A DNA stretch of 64,000 nt from an uncultured Candidatus Saccharibacteria bacterium (lineage in GTDB: Bacteria; Patescibacteriota; Saccharimonadia; Saccharimonadales; JAGQNJ01). Of this stretch, positions 9,131-17,945 are shown piece by piece (positions within the stretch are counted from its first letter, which is position 1; the number at the start of each line of letters is the position of its first letter). The DNA lies in contig CAZBGZ010000001.1 of the NCBI GenBank assembly GCA_964491925.1, positions 701 through 64,700 on the forward strand. Reading direction: 5' to 3'. A model generated the notes under the pieces. It did no database searches. It worked only from the letters and a program-made list of their open reading frames with translations, and had not been told where the DNA came from. A program made the position numbers and the translations under genes.

Positions 9131-10654
9131 ATGAGCACAACTAACGAGAAAATCGGCAACCTTATTTACCAGATACGACAAGAGAGGGGCATGACCCAAT
9201 CCGACTTTGCTAAAAAACTAAACACCAGCCAGTCAGCAGTAAACCGAATCGAACACGGCAAACAAAACATGAGCCTAGACATGCTCGGGCGCATTAGCGA
9301 CGTACTTCACAAACCATTGATCAGTATTTCAGAAGGTGCGGTCAACTTGCGTATCGAAGGCGGTCATGAACTGAGCGGTCAAGTCACGGTTAAAACCAGC
9401 AAAAATGCTGTTGTTGCGCTGCTATGCGCCAGTCTACTGAACCAAGGCACCACCCGGCTAAAGAATGTATCTAGAATCGAAGAAGTTAACCGCTTAATCG
9501 AAGTCCTAAAAAGCATGGACGTCTCGGTAAAATGGTTGCCAGGAAACGATCTAGAAATAAAGCCCCCTGCAAAAATAAATGTCGCCAATATCGACAAAGA
9601 TGCCGCGTGTAGGACCCGAAGTGTACTGATGTTCATAGGACCTCTTTTGCATAAAAGTGGTCAATTCAATATTCCTTATGCCGGCGGATGCGAGCTAGGA
9701 CGACGTAGCGTTCTGCCTCATTTATACGGGCTAGAGGAGTTCGGCGCAGACATTTTTACAAAAGCCGGACACTACCACGTAACTTCTACCCCAAAATTGC
9801 CAAAAAGATCAGTGGTCTTGTACGAATCTGGCGATACCACAACAGAAAATATCTTGATGGCGGCCGCTGGTTTTGAAGGCGAAACAGTCATAAAAATGGC
9901 CAGCGCTAACTACATGGTTCAGGATTTATGTTTTTATCTAAGAAAATTAGGAGTAAAAGTCGAAGGCGTCGGAACAAGCACCCTACGCGTAACTGGCGTG
10001 AAGAATATCAAGAAAAACGTTACTTACGCCCCCGCAGAAGACCCTGTAGAGGCCATGACGTTTATTTCGGCTGCTGTAACTACAAACAGCAGTATCACAA
10101 TAAACCGCGCTCCCCTGGACTTCCTCGAGCTAGAGCTGTTAAAACTAGAGAAGATGGGGTTAAGGTTTACGACAACAAAACCCTACAAAGCCGAAAATGG
10201 CCATACTGACCTAGTAGATATAACTATTCAAAAACATAACGCAGGCCTAGTCGCACCAGTAGAGAAAATTTACAGTCGTCCGTTCCCCGGGCTGAATATC
10301 GACCACCTCCCCTATTTTGTTCCAATCGCGGCAGTAGCTAAAGGCAGGACATTAATCCATGATTGGGTTTACGAAGAGCGCGCGTTGATGTATACAGAAA
10401 TGAAGAAAATTGGGGTCAATGTCGAGCTGGCTGATCCACATCGCGCCTTTATAACCGGACCTACAAAATGGCGTGCTGCCGACGTAGTTTGCCCCAGTGG
10501 AATTCGCCCTGCAGTAATGTTGTTGATAGGAATGTTGGCAGCACCCGGCACATCAATACTACGCAATGTCTACACGATTAACCGCGGCTACGAAGACCTA
10601 GCCGAACGGCTAAATAAACTTGGCGCAAAAATCACCGTCCTGCACGAACTATAA
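9131..10654 (+). CDS. murA: UDP-N-acetylglucosamine 1-carboxyvinyltransferase fused to an N-terminal XRE-type HTH domain
   Basis: The first ~70 aa (IYQIRQERGMTQSDFAKKLNTSQSAVNRIEHGKQN) form an HTH_3-like domain. A full MurA follows (LRIEGGHELSGQVTVKTSKNAVVALLCASLL; active-site region YAGGCELGRRSVLPH with the Cys retained). The track starts at TTG 9125. Confidence 0.85.
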   Translation: MSTTNEKIGNLIYQIRQERGMTQSDFAKKLNTSQSAVNRIEHGKQNMSLDMLGRISDVLHKPLISISEGAVNLRIEGGHELSGQVTVKTSKNAVVALLCASLLNQGTTRLKNVSRIEEVNRLIEVLKSMDVSVKWLPGNDLEIKPPAKINVANIDKDAACRTRSVLMFIGPLLHKSGQFNIPYAGGCELGRRSVLPHLYGLEEFGADIFTKAGHYHVTSTPKLPKRSVVLYESGDTTTENILMAAAGFEGETVIKMASANYMVQDLCFYLRKLGVKVEGVGTSTLRVTGVKNIKKNVTYAPAEDPVEAMTFISAAVTTNSSITINRAPLDFLELELLKLEKMGLRFTTTKPYKAENGHTDLVDITIQKHNAGLVAPVEKIYSRPFPGLNIDHLPYFVPIAAVAKGRTLIHDWVYEERALMYTEMKKIGVNVELADPHRAFITGPTKWRAADVVCPSGIRPAVMLLIGMLAAPGTSILRNVYTINRGYEDLAERLNKLGAKITVLHEL

Positions 10655-10979
10655 GCAATCATTGCTCTATGGGTATAAATGGATTAACATAATCATATAA
10701 ATCTAAAATGAAAGGGAAAAATGGCAGGCACCGCAACACCCGAATCTATAAGAATAAACAAAAAAAAAGAAGGCACTCGCCCTAGCCAGACTAAATAAAA
10801 AGAAGAAGTGGTCGGTTATGCTAAGGTCAATAAGACCTAGGTTTTAATTTATTTTGGGTGTTATACCCTAAAAATGTCAAAATACTAGGTTGACCGGTTT
10901 ATTTAAACCTTTGCTTGTTGTTTTTTAAATATAAGTGGAATACAATAATTGCCAACACTATATAACAAAAAAAGGATAA

Positions 10980-11192
10980 TATACGGCTGGCAGTGGATCG
11001 TCAGGAAACAAAAATAACGGCGGTAGCCACTATATCCGGAGAGACGGCTACACAATACGTGAAACACCTTCAACAAGCTTTTGGGGTAGGCTTTTCGGAC
11101 GGAGTACACTGACTGTAGTTAATGCCCCCGGTGGTGCCTTAAGCCGCGCACTTGCAAGAAACGGTAACAAAACTCGTAGACAACGCCCATAA
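10980..11192 (+). pseudogene. start-less paralog of the Arg-rich small ORF family (copy U1)
   Basis: Open frame ending ...NAPGGALSRALARNGNKTRRQRP*. It is homologous at codon level to 11280..11393 but has TTA where the paralog has its internal ATG, and no canonical start in frame. Its stop is immediately followed by the SD of the next ORF. Confidence 0.25.
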
Positions 11193-11202
11193 AGGAGATC
11201 CT

Positions 11203-11283
11203 ATGGCCGGACACAACATGACCCAAAATCAAATACCCTATGCTAAAAAGCATGATAGAAAAGACGCTTATACGGTGGCATGA
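11203..11283 (+). CDS. small ORF, 26 aa (MAGHNMTQNQIPYAKKHDRKDAYTVA)
   Basis: Hand-found, below the track cutoff. AAAGGAG lies 5 nt upstream of the ATG. The stop overlaps the next ORF's start as ATGA. Confidence 0.3.
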   Translation: MAGHNMTQNQIPYAKKHDRKDAYTVA

Positions 11284-11393
11284 TTCCAAATTTGCTACCC
11301 TGGAGGAGTCCACGCAATCCGGCTCCGGGCGCCGCCATGGGTAGTGCACTCGCAAGACGGGTCAGAAACAGCCGAACTGGTCGTCGTCCATAA
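11280..11393 (+). CDS. small Arg-rich ORF, 37 aa (MIPNLLPWRSPRNPAPGAAMGSALARRVRNSRTGRRP), family copy U2
   Basis: ATGA-coupled to the upstream 26-aa ORF. The C-terminal half aligns codon-for-codon with the 42-aa ORF at 16970 and with the U1 remnant. Confidence 0.35.
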   Translation: MIPNLLPWRSPRNPAPGAAMGSALARRVRNSRTGRRP

Positions 11394-11767
11394 AGCAACA
11401 TCAAAAGACGATTAATAATGGGTAGTCGAAGAACTGTACATCTCTCTATGTTGATAAATACAACCAAGAATACTGGTTAGCCGGATAAAAATAAATCAAT
11501 GGGTTATTGACTTGCTAAAAAAATACGGTTATGCTTAATACGATTTCATAAAATAAAAACAAATAAAATGTATACCACCCCTAGCAGCATAGATAAATAC
11601 CCAAAACCAGTTGTTGCCAGACCATTTTTCGTCGCACAAGAACTTATCAATGTGCCCCATAATCGTGCTAGGACCCTGTCCTTGTGGCTAAGAGGAACGC
11701 AGCGCTAGCAGTTGCCAAAAAGCATTGCCCGAGTTCCATAAATTACTACCGTTAAACGGACCAAAAA

Positions 11768-13528
11768 TTAGCGTTCGTGGATTTTAAGATACCGTTCATA
11801 AGCATCGAGGCCACCGTACTCTTTGACATTTTTTACTTTACCAGCCTCAACTACATAAATTGTGTCCATAGCCGAAAGTAGCGAATGTTTGTGCGTGACC
11901 ATCAACACCGTCTTGCCTTTCATTAGTGAATTTATACCTTCAAGCACCTTGTTCTCGGATGCAGCGTCCTGTGCAGAGGTTGGCTCGTCTAGTATCAAAA
12001 TTGGCGCCCTTTTAAACATCGCCCTAGCTACCGCAATGCGCTGTTTTTGGCCACCGCTCAGAGAATCACCACTGTTGTCAACCATTGTGTCATATTTTTC
12101 AGGTAACTTGTCTATAAATTCTGACGCATTAGCAGCCGATGCGGCACCCATTACTTCAGGCAGTGGATATTGCTCATCGGGTCTGGCGAATCCAATATTT
12201 TCACCGATGGATATGGAGAATAACTTTGGCTCTTGGCTAACAATAGCAATCTGCTCTCGCAAACTCTTCAAGTTAATGGTGCTAGTATCTTTGCCGTCTA
12301 AATACACAAATCCTTTCTCTTGAATACCAAAACGTGGGACAAGGCTAACAAGCGTGCTCTTGCCTGCGCCACTAGGGCCGATGAATCCAACTTTCTCACC
12401 GGGCTTAATATCTAGATTGACTCCATCCAATACGGTCTTATCTCCGTATCTAAAAGTAACGTTCCTAAAGTTTAACTGCCCGCGTGCTTTATCTAAAACT
12501 TCTCCTGTATTCGTATTCTCGATGTCAGAATGGTCATTGATTACCTCGAAAAACTTTTTGGCGCGGGCATGGTCATCCCTGCGTTGAGCAATAGCGGATG
12601 TTAGCTGTTGCAAAGGTTCGTAAAGTTGCGTTACGTATGATATAAACACTAACAAAATACCAAAGCTCAGCTGACCATTAAACACCTTTTGACCACCAAC
12701 AATAAAAACTGTTAGTGTCGACCCGACTACAACCAGATTGCCGCTAAATCCAAAAGCGTTTGATAGTACGACTCCCTTTAGATTGAGCTTTTTCATTTGC
12801 AGCAAAAGCCGAGTGAATTTATTTAGTTGTCTTTCTTGGCTATTGAAAGATTGCACAACATCACTCTGCTCAATCGACTCTAAAGTATGGTTGTATATAG
12901 TACTATTCAATGTCTCGACGGCTTGTGACTGTGCTTCTATTCTTTTCCCAAAATAAATTATTGAAAAGTAGAGAAAAGGCACTACGACCAGACTAATCAG
13001 GGTCATCTGAACATTAACAGAAATAAGAATTATTAAAACAAAAACTATACTAACGATTGACGAGATAATTTCAACCGGGCTGCCGACTACAAGACTCCCG
13101 ATCGCGCTCCCCTGCGAGTTCAAACGATACACATAATCACTATTCTCTAACCTGGTGCTGGAACGAAGGGGCAAACTGAGCACGTGTTTCAAAAAAGTTT
13201 GTTCTACCCGTCTTTCAAAATTTTCTGCCAGTATGGTACTGAAATAGTCTGTTATAAAATTAAAAAGTGCTTCGAATAGACCAATAACTACAACAGCTGC
13301 CATCACAACAAGGAGTAGTTGAGGTTGCGTATAATTTTGAAAAAGAGCTGGTGGCGGAATCGTTCCAAAAACACTATCGGCCAAAAACTTCATCGGCCAG
13401 GGGCTGGCCAGCGTAAAACCGATAGCTATCAGCGAGAATACCAGCAGAATGACAATTGTTGGCCATGCTTTTTTGTAATGACTTCTTAGCCACCTCTTAT
13501 ACTGTAAATCATCACTATTCTTTATCAT
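11768..13528 (-). CDS. ABC exporter, fused permease + ATPase (ABCB / bacteriocin-multidrug exporter type, no peptidase domain)
   Basis: 586 aa. An N-terminal six-TM region is followed by Walker A GPSGAGKSTL, signature LSGGQKQR, and Walker B ILILDEPTSA. Confidence 0.85.
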   Translation of the reverse strand: MIKNSDDLQYKRWLRSHYKKAWPTIVILLVFSLIAIGFTLASPWPMKFLADSVFGTIPPPALFQNYTQPQLLLVVMAAVVVIGLFEALFNFITDYFSTILAENFERRVEQTFLKHVLSLPLRSSTRLENSDYVYRLNSQGSAIGSLVVGSPVEIISSIVSIVFVLIILISVNVQMTLISLVVVPFLYFSIIYFGKRIEAQSQAVETLNSTIYNHTLESIEQSDVVQSFNSQERQLNKFTRLLLQMKKLNLKGVVLSNAFGFSGNLVVVGSTLTVFIVGGQKVFNGQLSFGILLVFISYVTQLYEPLQQLTSAIAQRRDDHARAKKFFEVINDHSDIENTNTGEVLDKARGQLNFRNVTFRYGDKTVLDGVNLDIKPGEKVGFIGPSGAGKSTLVSLVPRFGIQEKGFVYLDGKDTSTINLKSLREQIAIVSQEPKLFSISIGENIGFARPDEQYPLPEVMGAASAANASEFIDKLPEKYDTMVDNSGDSLSGGQKQRIAVARAMFKRAPILILDEPTSAQDAASENKVLEGINSLMKGKTVLMVTHKHSLLSAMDTIYVVEAGKVKNVKEYGGLDAYERYLKIHER

Positions 13529-13554
13529 TTACATACATTATGCCATAAGCGGTA

Positions 13555-14166
13555 TCAACCACCGAAAAGACTTTTTTGTAATATAATCCTGCCTTTATTG
13601 AAATATTCAGTTTTAAGTGCCTTAATTAACTTTGACCTATCAACCTCGAAAAGGTCATACCCATTTTTAGCAAAGTTTTTCACCGCCGCTTTATCCGCAT
13701 AAAAATGAATAGCGACACCATTTTCCTCTAAGCTCTTGTGGCTATTTATCAGTAATCTCAGTTGGTCATCATAATCCATAAAGTTGAGCAAAATGTGTGA
13801 ATAAACAAAATCAAACTTTTTTGGAAGTTTTTTGCGACAATCAAACAATACTACTTCTTTTTGATTTTTAAGATGAGTAATATTTATGTCGTAGATAGTT
13901 ATATCTGGCTGTATTCCCGCGATACATCCGATTAGTGGATAGTACAGTGGTATATACCGTTTATCTCCTGCTCCTAAAATCGCCCATTGGTTATGGTCCA
14001 AGGTAGTCTTTATTTGATACTTTTCAAAAACCATTTGCAGCTCGTCGGTTTTATCTTCCATTTCTTTCAGGATAATTCTGTATGGATCAGAAGCCAGTCT
14101 AGCGTGATAATCAGAGTATCCTCTGTTTTTATATAGTCTATATTTGTAGTTTGTTAATAAACTCAT
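13555..14166 (-). CDS. class I SAM-methyltransferase-like protein
   Basis: 203 aa. WAILGAGDKR (motif I-like), ITIYDIN (acidic motif II), FDFVYSHILLNFM, and LEENGVAIHF. Sits between TM paralog A and the ABC exporter on the same strand. Confidence 0.45.
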   Translation of the reverse strand: MSLLTNYKYRLYKNRGYSDYHARLASDPYRIILKEMEDKTDELQMVFEKYQIKTTLDHNQWAILGAGDKRYIPLYYPLIGCIAGIQPDITIYDINITHLKNQKEVVLFDCRKKLPKKFDFVYSHILLNFMDYDDQLRLLINSHKSLEENGVAIHFYADKAAVKNFAKNGYDLFEVDRSKLIKALKTEYFNKGRIILQKSLFGG

Positions 14167-14178
14167 AAATAATCTGCT

Positions 14179-14517
14179 TTATTTAGTTATCAGCATTCCT
14201 GCGACCAATAGATATGTTTCTGTTAGTTTTGTTATGTAAAAAACATGGTGACCAGTGAGCCGAAAATTAAAGACTCGTGCACTAATAGCCGTGTAATATT
14301 CTAGCAATCTTGGCAAAACACCAATTCTTTGCTGGGTTTTGGTAAATATACACCCCTTAAAAAATATCCGATGCATTTCGTAAAGCAAGACAAACAATAT
14401 TACATAATTCAAAGACGCGACAAAAGTCAGGATTAACACGGGTAACCAGATAACAATATGAAGCCAAAATAATGCCTCGAACATGAAAGCTTTAATAAAT
14501 TCAGTCATTACTCTCAT
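14179..14517 (-). CDS. small multi-TM protein, paralog A (G-C-x-F-T-[KR]-x-Q-Q-[KR]-x-G motif family)
   Basis: 112 aa. About 40% identical to 18235..18612 (hand count, 40 of ~97 positions, essentially gapless). Shared motifs are FW.H.V.WLPV and FxGC.FT..QQ..G.LP. Confidence 0.6.
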   Translation of the reverse strand: MRVMTEFIKAFMFEALFWLHIVIWLPVLILTFVASLNYVILFVLLYEMHRIFFKGCIFTKTQQRIGVLPRLLEYYTAISARVFNFRLTGHHVFYITKLTETYLLVAGMLITK

Positions 14518-14606
14518 TATAGTCAGGCAGCCCCTTGTAACAAACTGGTGTTACCGATATAGCTTTTTTGTAGGCGTATATTATATTGCTATACTGTTAG
14601 CTAAGC

Positions 14607-15683
14607 ATGAGCGTCATAGACATTAGAGATGTGCGTAAATCCTATGGAAGTGGGGACGCAAAAACAGAAATCCTAAAAGGGGTTAGCCTGTCTATTGAAC
14701 CTGGTGAATTTGTGGCAATAACTGGTCCTAGCGGGTCTGGTAAATCTACACTAATGAATATAATAGGATTACTGGATACCCCGGATAGTGGCTATTACAA
14801 ACTCAGTGATCTAGAAGTGCATTCTAGCAAACAATCTTCCCTTGCAAAGTTACGACTGCGGTATATTGGTTTCATTTTTCAAAGTTTCAATCTTATAGCA
14901 GGACTAAACGCTATCGAAAACGTAGAACTTCCTATGATTTATGCCAAAGTTAAACACCGAGCAAGACGTCAGCGCGCCTTCGATTTACTAACCATGGTCG
15001 GTATTGCAGAGCGGGCAAAAAATAAACCGAATCAACTTTCGGGGGGTCAAATGCAGCGGGTTGCTATCGCCCGATCACTTGTGAATAGCCCACAGATTAT
15101 TCTGGCAGACGAACCGACAGGCAATCTAGACAGTCAAACTGGCTCGGCCGTGATGGAAATACTCAAACAATTAAATTCTCAAGGAACAACAATTGTCATG
15201 ATTACACATGACCCCACCATCGCTAGGCAGGCTAACCGAATAATAAATATCAGCGACGGGACAATAACCCAACCACAACAACAAGTTACTCAGCCCGTAT
15301 CAAAACCCTTACCCACGCCAAGGGCTGCAGTTGAAGCGAATTCCCCGTCAGCCCCCGCTCCGCCTGCACTTGTCGTAGCCACAACATTGCCGCAGACGGC
15401 ACCAATCCAACAACCTCCAATAGCTCCAACAAAGCAACAGCCCGCTCCACCACCTGCTGTGACTAGTCCTGCTGTTTTTCCTGCCCAGCGTCGTATTTAT
15501 GTCGCCCCACCAACTAAAAACCCGCCATCCGCGCCTCAACCAATGGCCGTACAGGTTAATATTCCAACACTACCAGCACCAGCACCACCTCCGCTACCTC
15601 CTCGTGATTCAGATATATTAATAGAAGATGACGGCGAGGTAGTAGTAGCAATTAATCACCAAAACCCGGAAGGGGCAAACTAG
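14607..15683 (+). CDS. ABC transporter ATP-binding protein (MacB/LolD/FtsE-type) with a ~130-aa Pro-rich C-terminal tail
   Basis: Walker A GPSGSGKSTL, Q-loop, LSGGQMQRVAIAR, and ILADEPTGNLD. The tail is PAPPALV...QQPPIAPTKQQPAPPPA...PAPAPPPLPP. Confidence 0.85.
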   Translation: MSVIDIRDVRKSYGSGDAKTEILKGVSLSIEPGEFVAITGPSGSGKSTLMNIIGLLDTPDSGYYKLSDLEVHSSKQSSLAKLRLRYIGFIFQSFNLIAGLNAIENVELPMIYAKVKHRARRQRAFDLLTMVGIAERAKNKPNQLSGGQMQRVAIARSLVNSPQIILADEPTGNLDSQTGSAVMEILKQLNSQGTTIVMITHDPTIARQANRIINISDGTITQPQQQVTQPVSKPLPTPRAAVEANSPSAPAPPALVVATTLPQTAPIQQPPIAPTKQQPAPPPAVTSPAVFPAQRRIYVAPPTKNPPSAPQPMAVQVNIPTLPAPAPPPLPPRDSDILIEDDGEVVVAINHQNPEGAN

Positions 15684-15687
15684 CGAT

Positions 15688-16896
15688 ATGTTATTGCAGA
15701 ATTTTCGACTGGCCCTAATTAGTATTAGCCGAAATAAACTACGTTCGCTATTAACAATGCTAGGGATGATTATTGGCATCGGGGCGGTAGTAACGGTAAT
15801 TAGTATTGGCGATGGGCTCAAAGCCCAGGTAAAAAAAGAAGTTGACGCACTTGGGGTCAACCTGATAACGATTTCCCCTCAACCAGAAGGAGAACCTCTA
15901 ACACAGGCAGATGTCGAGACAGTTAGATCTAATGAGTTTATCCAGCAGGTTGCACCGACTACTTATGTGGATGCTGTGCCATCGAATGGGCAGATAAAAG
16001 ATGATACAGCCATAATTAATGCTACCCAGCCCAGAATGAGCGACATTATAAGCCAAAAAGTTCAAAATGGGCGGTTTTTCAACGACGGCGAAAAAGATGT
16101 AGTGGTACTGGGAGCAAGTGTCGCTACAACCTTGTATGGCCAAGAAAATCCTGTTGGGAAAAAACTGTTGTTAAAACAAGAATTTACCGACATCAATACT
16201 TTGGAACCAAAGGTTATTAAACAAGAATTTACCGTTATAGGAAATTATGAAAAATTATCAGAAAAAACCAGCATTGGGCCTGGCGCACAATTGGACACAA
16301 CCCTGTATATACCCCTAGAAAACGCAAAAACTTTTAATGACAATAAAATATTTATCGACCAGATCAGTGCTCAGGCAAAATCATCAGACCAGCTAGGCCA
16401 GGCGAAAACAAGTTTGACTGCAGCCCTTAAAGCAAAGCACAAAGACAAAGAAGATTTCACAATTCAGTCGTCCGAAGATGTATCAAAAAGCTTTGATGAG
16501 ATTTTGAATGTCGTTACAAACTTTATCACTGCTATTGCAGCAATTTCCCTACTGGTTGGTGGCATTGGCATAATGAATATAATGCTAACATCTGTCACAG
16601 AGCGCACGCGCGAGATCGGTATTCGCAAATCAATAGGTGCATCACAGATAGCTATAATGACGCAGTTTTTAACAGAGGCCCTTGTACTAACTTGCATGGG
16701 GGGGATTCTTGGTATTTTCGCGGCTTATCTAATGAGCTTTATCGTAAAACGTTACGCAGACATAACACCAGTATTCACATTCAGAGCGTTTTTAATCGCC
16801 GTTGGGGTCTCGATTTTGATCGGTGTTATATTCGGTGCAGCCCCAGCTCTCAAGGCTGCCCGCAAAAAACCTATCGAAGCCCTCCGCCACGAATAA
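15688..16896 (+). CDS. ABC transporter permease, FtsX/MacB family
   Basis: 402 aa. N-terminal TM, a large extracytoplasmic domain, and a C-terminal FtsX-like 3-TM bundle (TERTREIGIRKSIGAS motif). Confidence 0.85.
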   Translation: MLLQNFRLALISISRNKLRSLLTMLGMIIGIGAVVTVISIGDGLKAQVKKEVDALGVNLITISPQPEGEPLTQADVETVRSNEFIQQVAPTTYVDAVPSNGQIKDDTAIINATQPRMSDIISQKVQNGRFFNDGEKDVVVLGASVATTLYGQENPVGKKLLLKQEFTDINTLEPKVIKQEFTVIGNYEKLSEKTSIGPGAQLDTTLYIPLENAKTFNDNKIFIDQISAQAKSSDQLGQAKTSLTAALKAKHKDKEDFTIQSSEDVSKSFDEILNVVTNFITAIAAISLLVGGIGIMNIMLTSVTERTREIGIRKSIGASQIAIMTQFLTEALVLTCMGGILGIFAAYLMSFIVKRYADITPVFTFRAFLIAVGVSILIGVIFGAAPALKAARKKPIEALRHE

Positions 16897-16969
16897 ACAA
16901 ATCCGTAAATTGCTTATTTAGGTTTATGTAAGATTAAATTGTTTCTAGTACTAAAGGAGGGAACAACAA

Positions 16970-17098
16970 ATGCCAGGAGACACACGTTTAGATCAACGGC
17001 CAGGAACTGTACGACGAAGACGCTTCGCGGTCCAAGGTAGGCGTAATCTAGCCCAGGCGCGGGTCAATAGTAGCACCGTGAACAGGTCAGGTGTATAG
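16970..17098 (+). CDS. small Arg-rich ORF, 42 aa (MPGDTRLDQRPGTVRRRRFAVQGRRNLAQARVNSSTVNRSGV), family copy U3
   Basis: Hand-found. A strong SD (AAAGGAGGG) ends 8 nt upstream of the ATG, and the ORF lies 73 nt downstream of the FtsX permease on the same strand. Homologous in frame to 11280..11393. Confidence 0.45.
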   Translation: MPGDTRLDQRPGTVRRRRFAVQGRRNLAQARVNSSTVNRSGV

Positions 17099-17290
17099 CG
17101 ATCAGATTTTCGTAGAGCAAACATTCAGGGATGGTAACCGATGCAGTGGTGCGAGTGGTACAAAAGAAAATATTAGATATTAGTCATTAAACGACTGCCT
17201 CACCGTATGTATTTCGTACCTATATCCTTTGCAAAAACTGAATAGTGCCCTCTGACTATTCAAATCGATGCTAATTTAGTAATTTCAAGC

Positions 17291-17623
17291 TTATGTCTCG
17301 CGAATAATAGCAACGAGCATCGGAAATGCTGTGATAACATAAAAAATAACAGATGACCAGTAGTAATTCGGTCTTACTTTTGTGATTTTCTCAATAACAT
17401 AAGGTATAAATTCTGTTTCTTTCGGAACAAATCCGAGTTTTTGCTGTAACCTAGTAATTGCACACCCCCCGAAAAGGAGTAAATGTAACTGAATTGCAAG
17501 CATAGCAATAACAACCGACTCTAAACTATAGAAAAAACCACTAACAAAATACCACGTCATCAGTCCTAAGTGAATCCAAAAAACAATGTAATTTACAATC
17601 CTGTACAAGTGTCTCTTGTTCAT
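17291..17623 (-). CDS. small multi-TM protein, paralog B (divergent member of the GC..T..QQ..G family)
   Basis: 110 aa. FGGCAITRLQQKLGFVP aligns with FKGCIFTKTQQRIGVLP (paralog A) and FEGCVFTRIQQKMGILP (paralog C). Confidence 0.55.
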   Translation of the reverse strand: MNKRHLYRIVNYIVFWIHLGLMTWYFVSGFFYSLESVVIAMLAIQLHLLLFGGCAITRLQQKLGFVPKETEFIPYVIEKITKVRPNYYWSSVIFYVITAFPMLVAIIRET

Positions 17624-17635
17624 TATGCCCCTTTA

Positions 17636-17664
17636 TTGACTCGCCATACCGCTTCAGCTATAGT
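17636..17664 (+). promoter_or_regulatory. sigma70-like promoter TTGACT-N17-TATAGT for the 76-aa basic ORF
   Basis: -35 element at 17636-17641, a 17-nt spacer, and -10 element at 17659-17664. AAAGGA SD precedes the ATG at 17704. Confidence 0.5.
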
Positions 17665-17703
17665 AGTAGTCAGAACAATACTATAACAAAGGATACTTGA
17701 ATT

Positions 17704-17934
17704 ATGTCATTCGCACAATGGTACTCATTTTACAGAAATAAAGGGTATAACAATAACCAAGCAAATGGGAAAGCAAGGGCAGCCGGTGTCCGCCTACGCA
17801 ATACGAGATACAGGGGCGGTGCAAGTATGAATGTTGACAATATCGGGAGAACCGAGCGTACACAAGCTGGCTACAGGTGGAGATTCCCAAGCGGCAGGGT
17901 AATGACCTACAAGACAAAGATTACACGACCTTAA
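17704..17934 (+). CDS. small basic protein, 76 aa, Asn/Arg/Gly-rich with a G-YRW motif
   Basis: Track ORF with a good promoter and SD. Shares the TRY..(S)(M/S)N ... G.YRW...R pattern with the 43-aa ORF at 18715. Divergent from TM paralog B. Confidence 0.5.
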   Translation: MSFAQWYSFYRNKGYNNNQANGKARAAGVRLRNTRYRGGASMNVDNIGRTERTQAGYRWRFPSGRVMTYKTKITRP

Positions 17935-17945
17935 AACAACAATTT

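Noticed and set aside
10708-10798. Two overlapping 25-aa basic ORFs just after murA (MKGKNGRHRNTRIYKNKQKKRRHSP and MAGTATPESIRINKKKEGTRPSQTK). The first shares RNTR.Y with the 76-aa ORF at 17704.
   Set aside because: The sequence is an A-rich tract that gives Lys/Arg-rich translations in any frame. The SD spacing is poor, the shared motif is only 4-5 residues, and it could easily arise by chance in basic low-complexity sequence.
10903-11467. Three 68-78 aa minus-strand track ORFs. I also considered that the GC-rich 11.1-11.4 kb stretch could be RNase P RNA, tmRNA or a tandem glycine riboswitch.
   Set aside because: The minus-strand ORFs have no SD or start context, have odd Cys/Arg/Leu-rich composition, and are antisense to better-supported plus-strand mini-ORFs.

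The RNase P-like strings (GGAGGAGTCC, CAGAAACAGCCGAAC) are only about 65 nt apart, not about 250 nt, and deviate from the conserved CR-I/CR-V sequences. There is no tRNA-like 3' end or tag ORF for tmRNA. There is no CCGAAGG/GGAGAG core for a glycine riboswitch.
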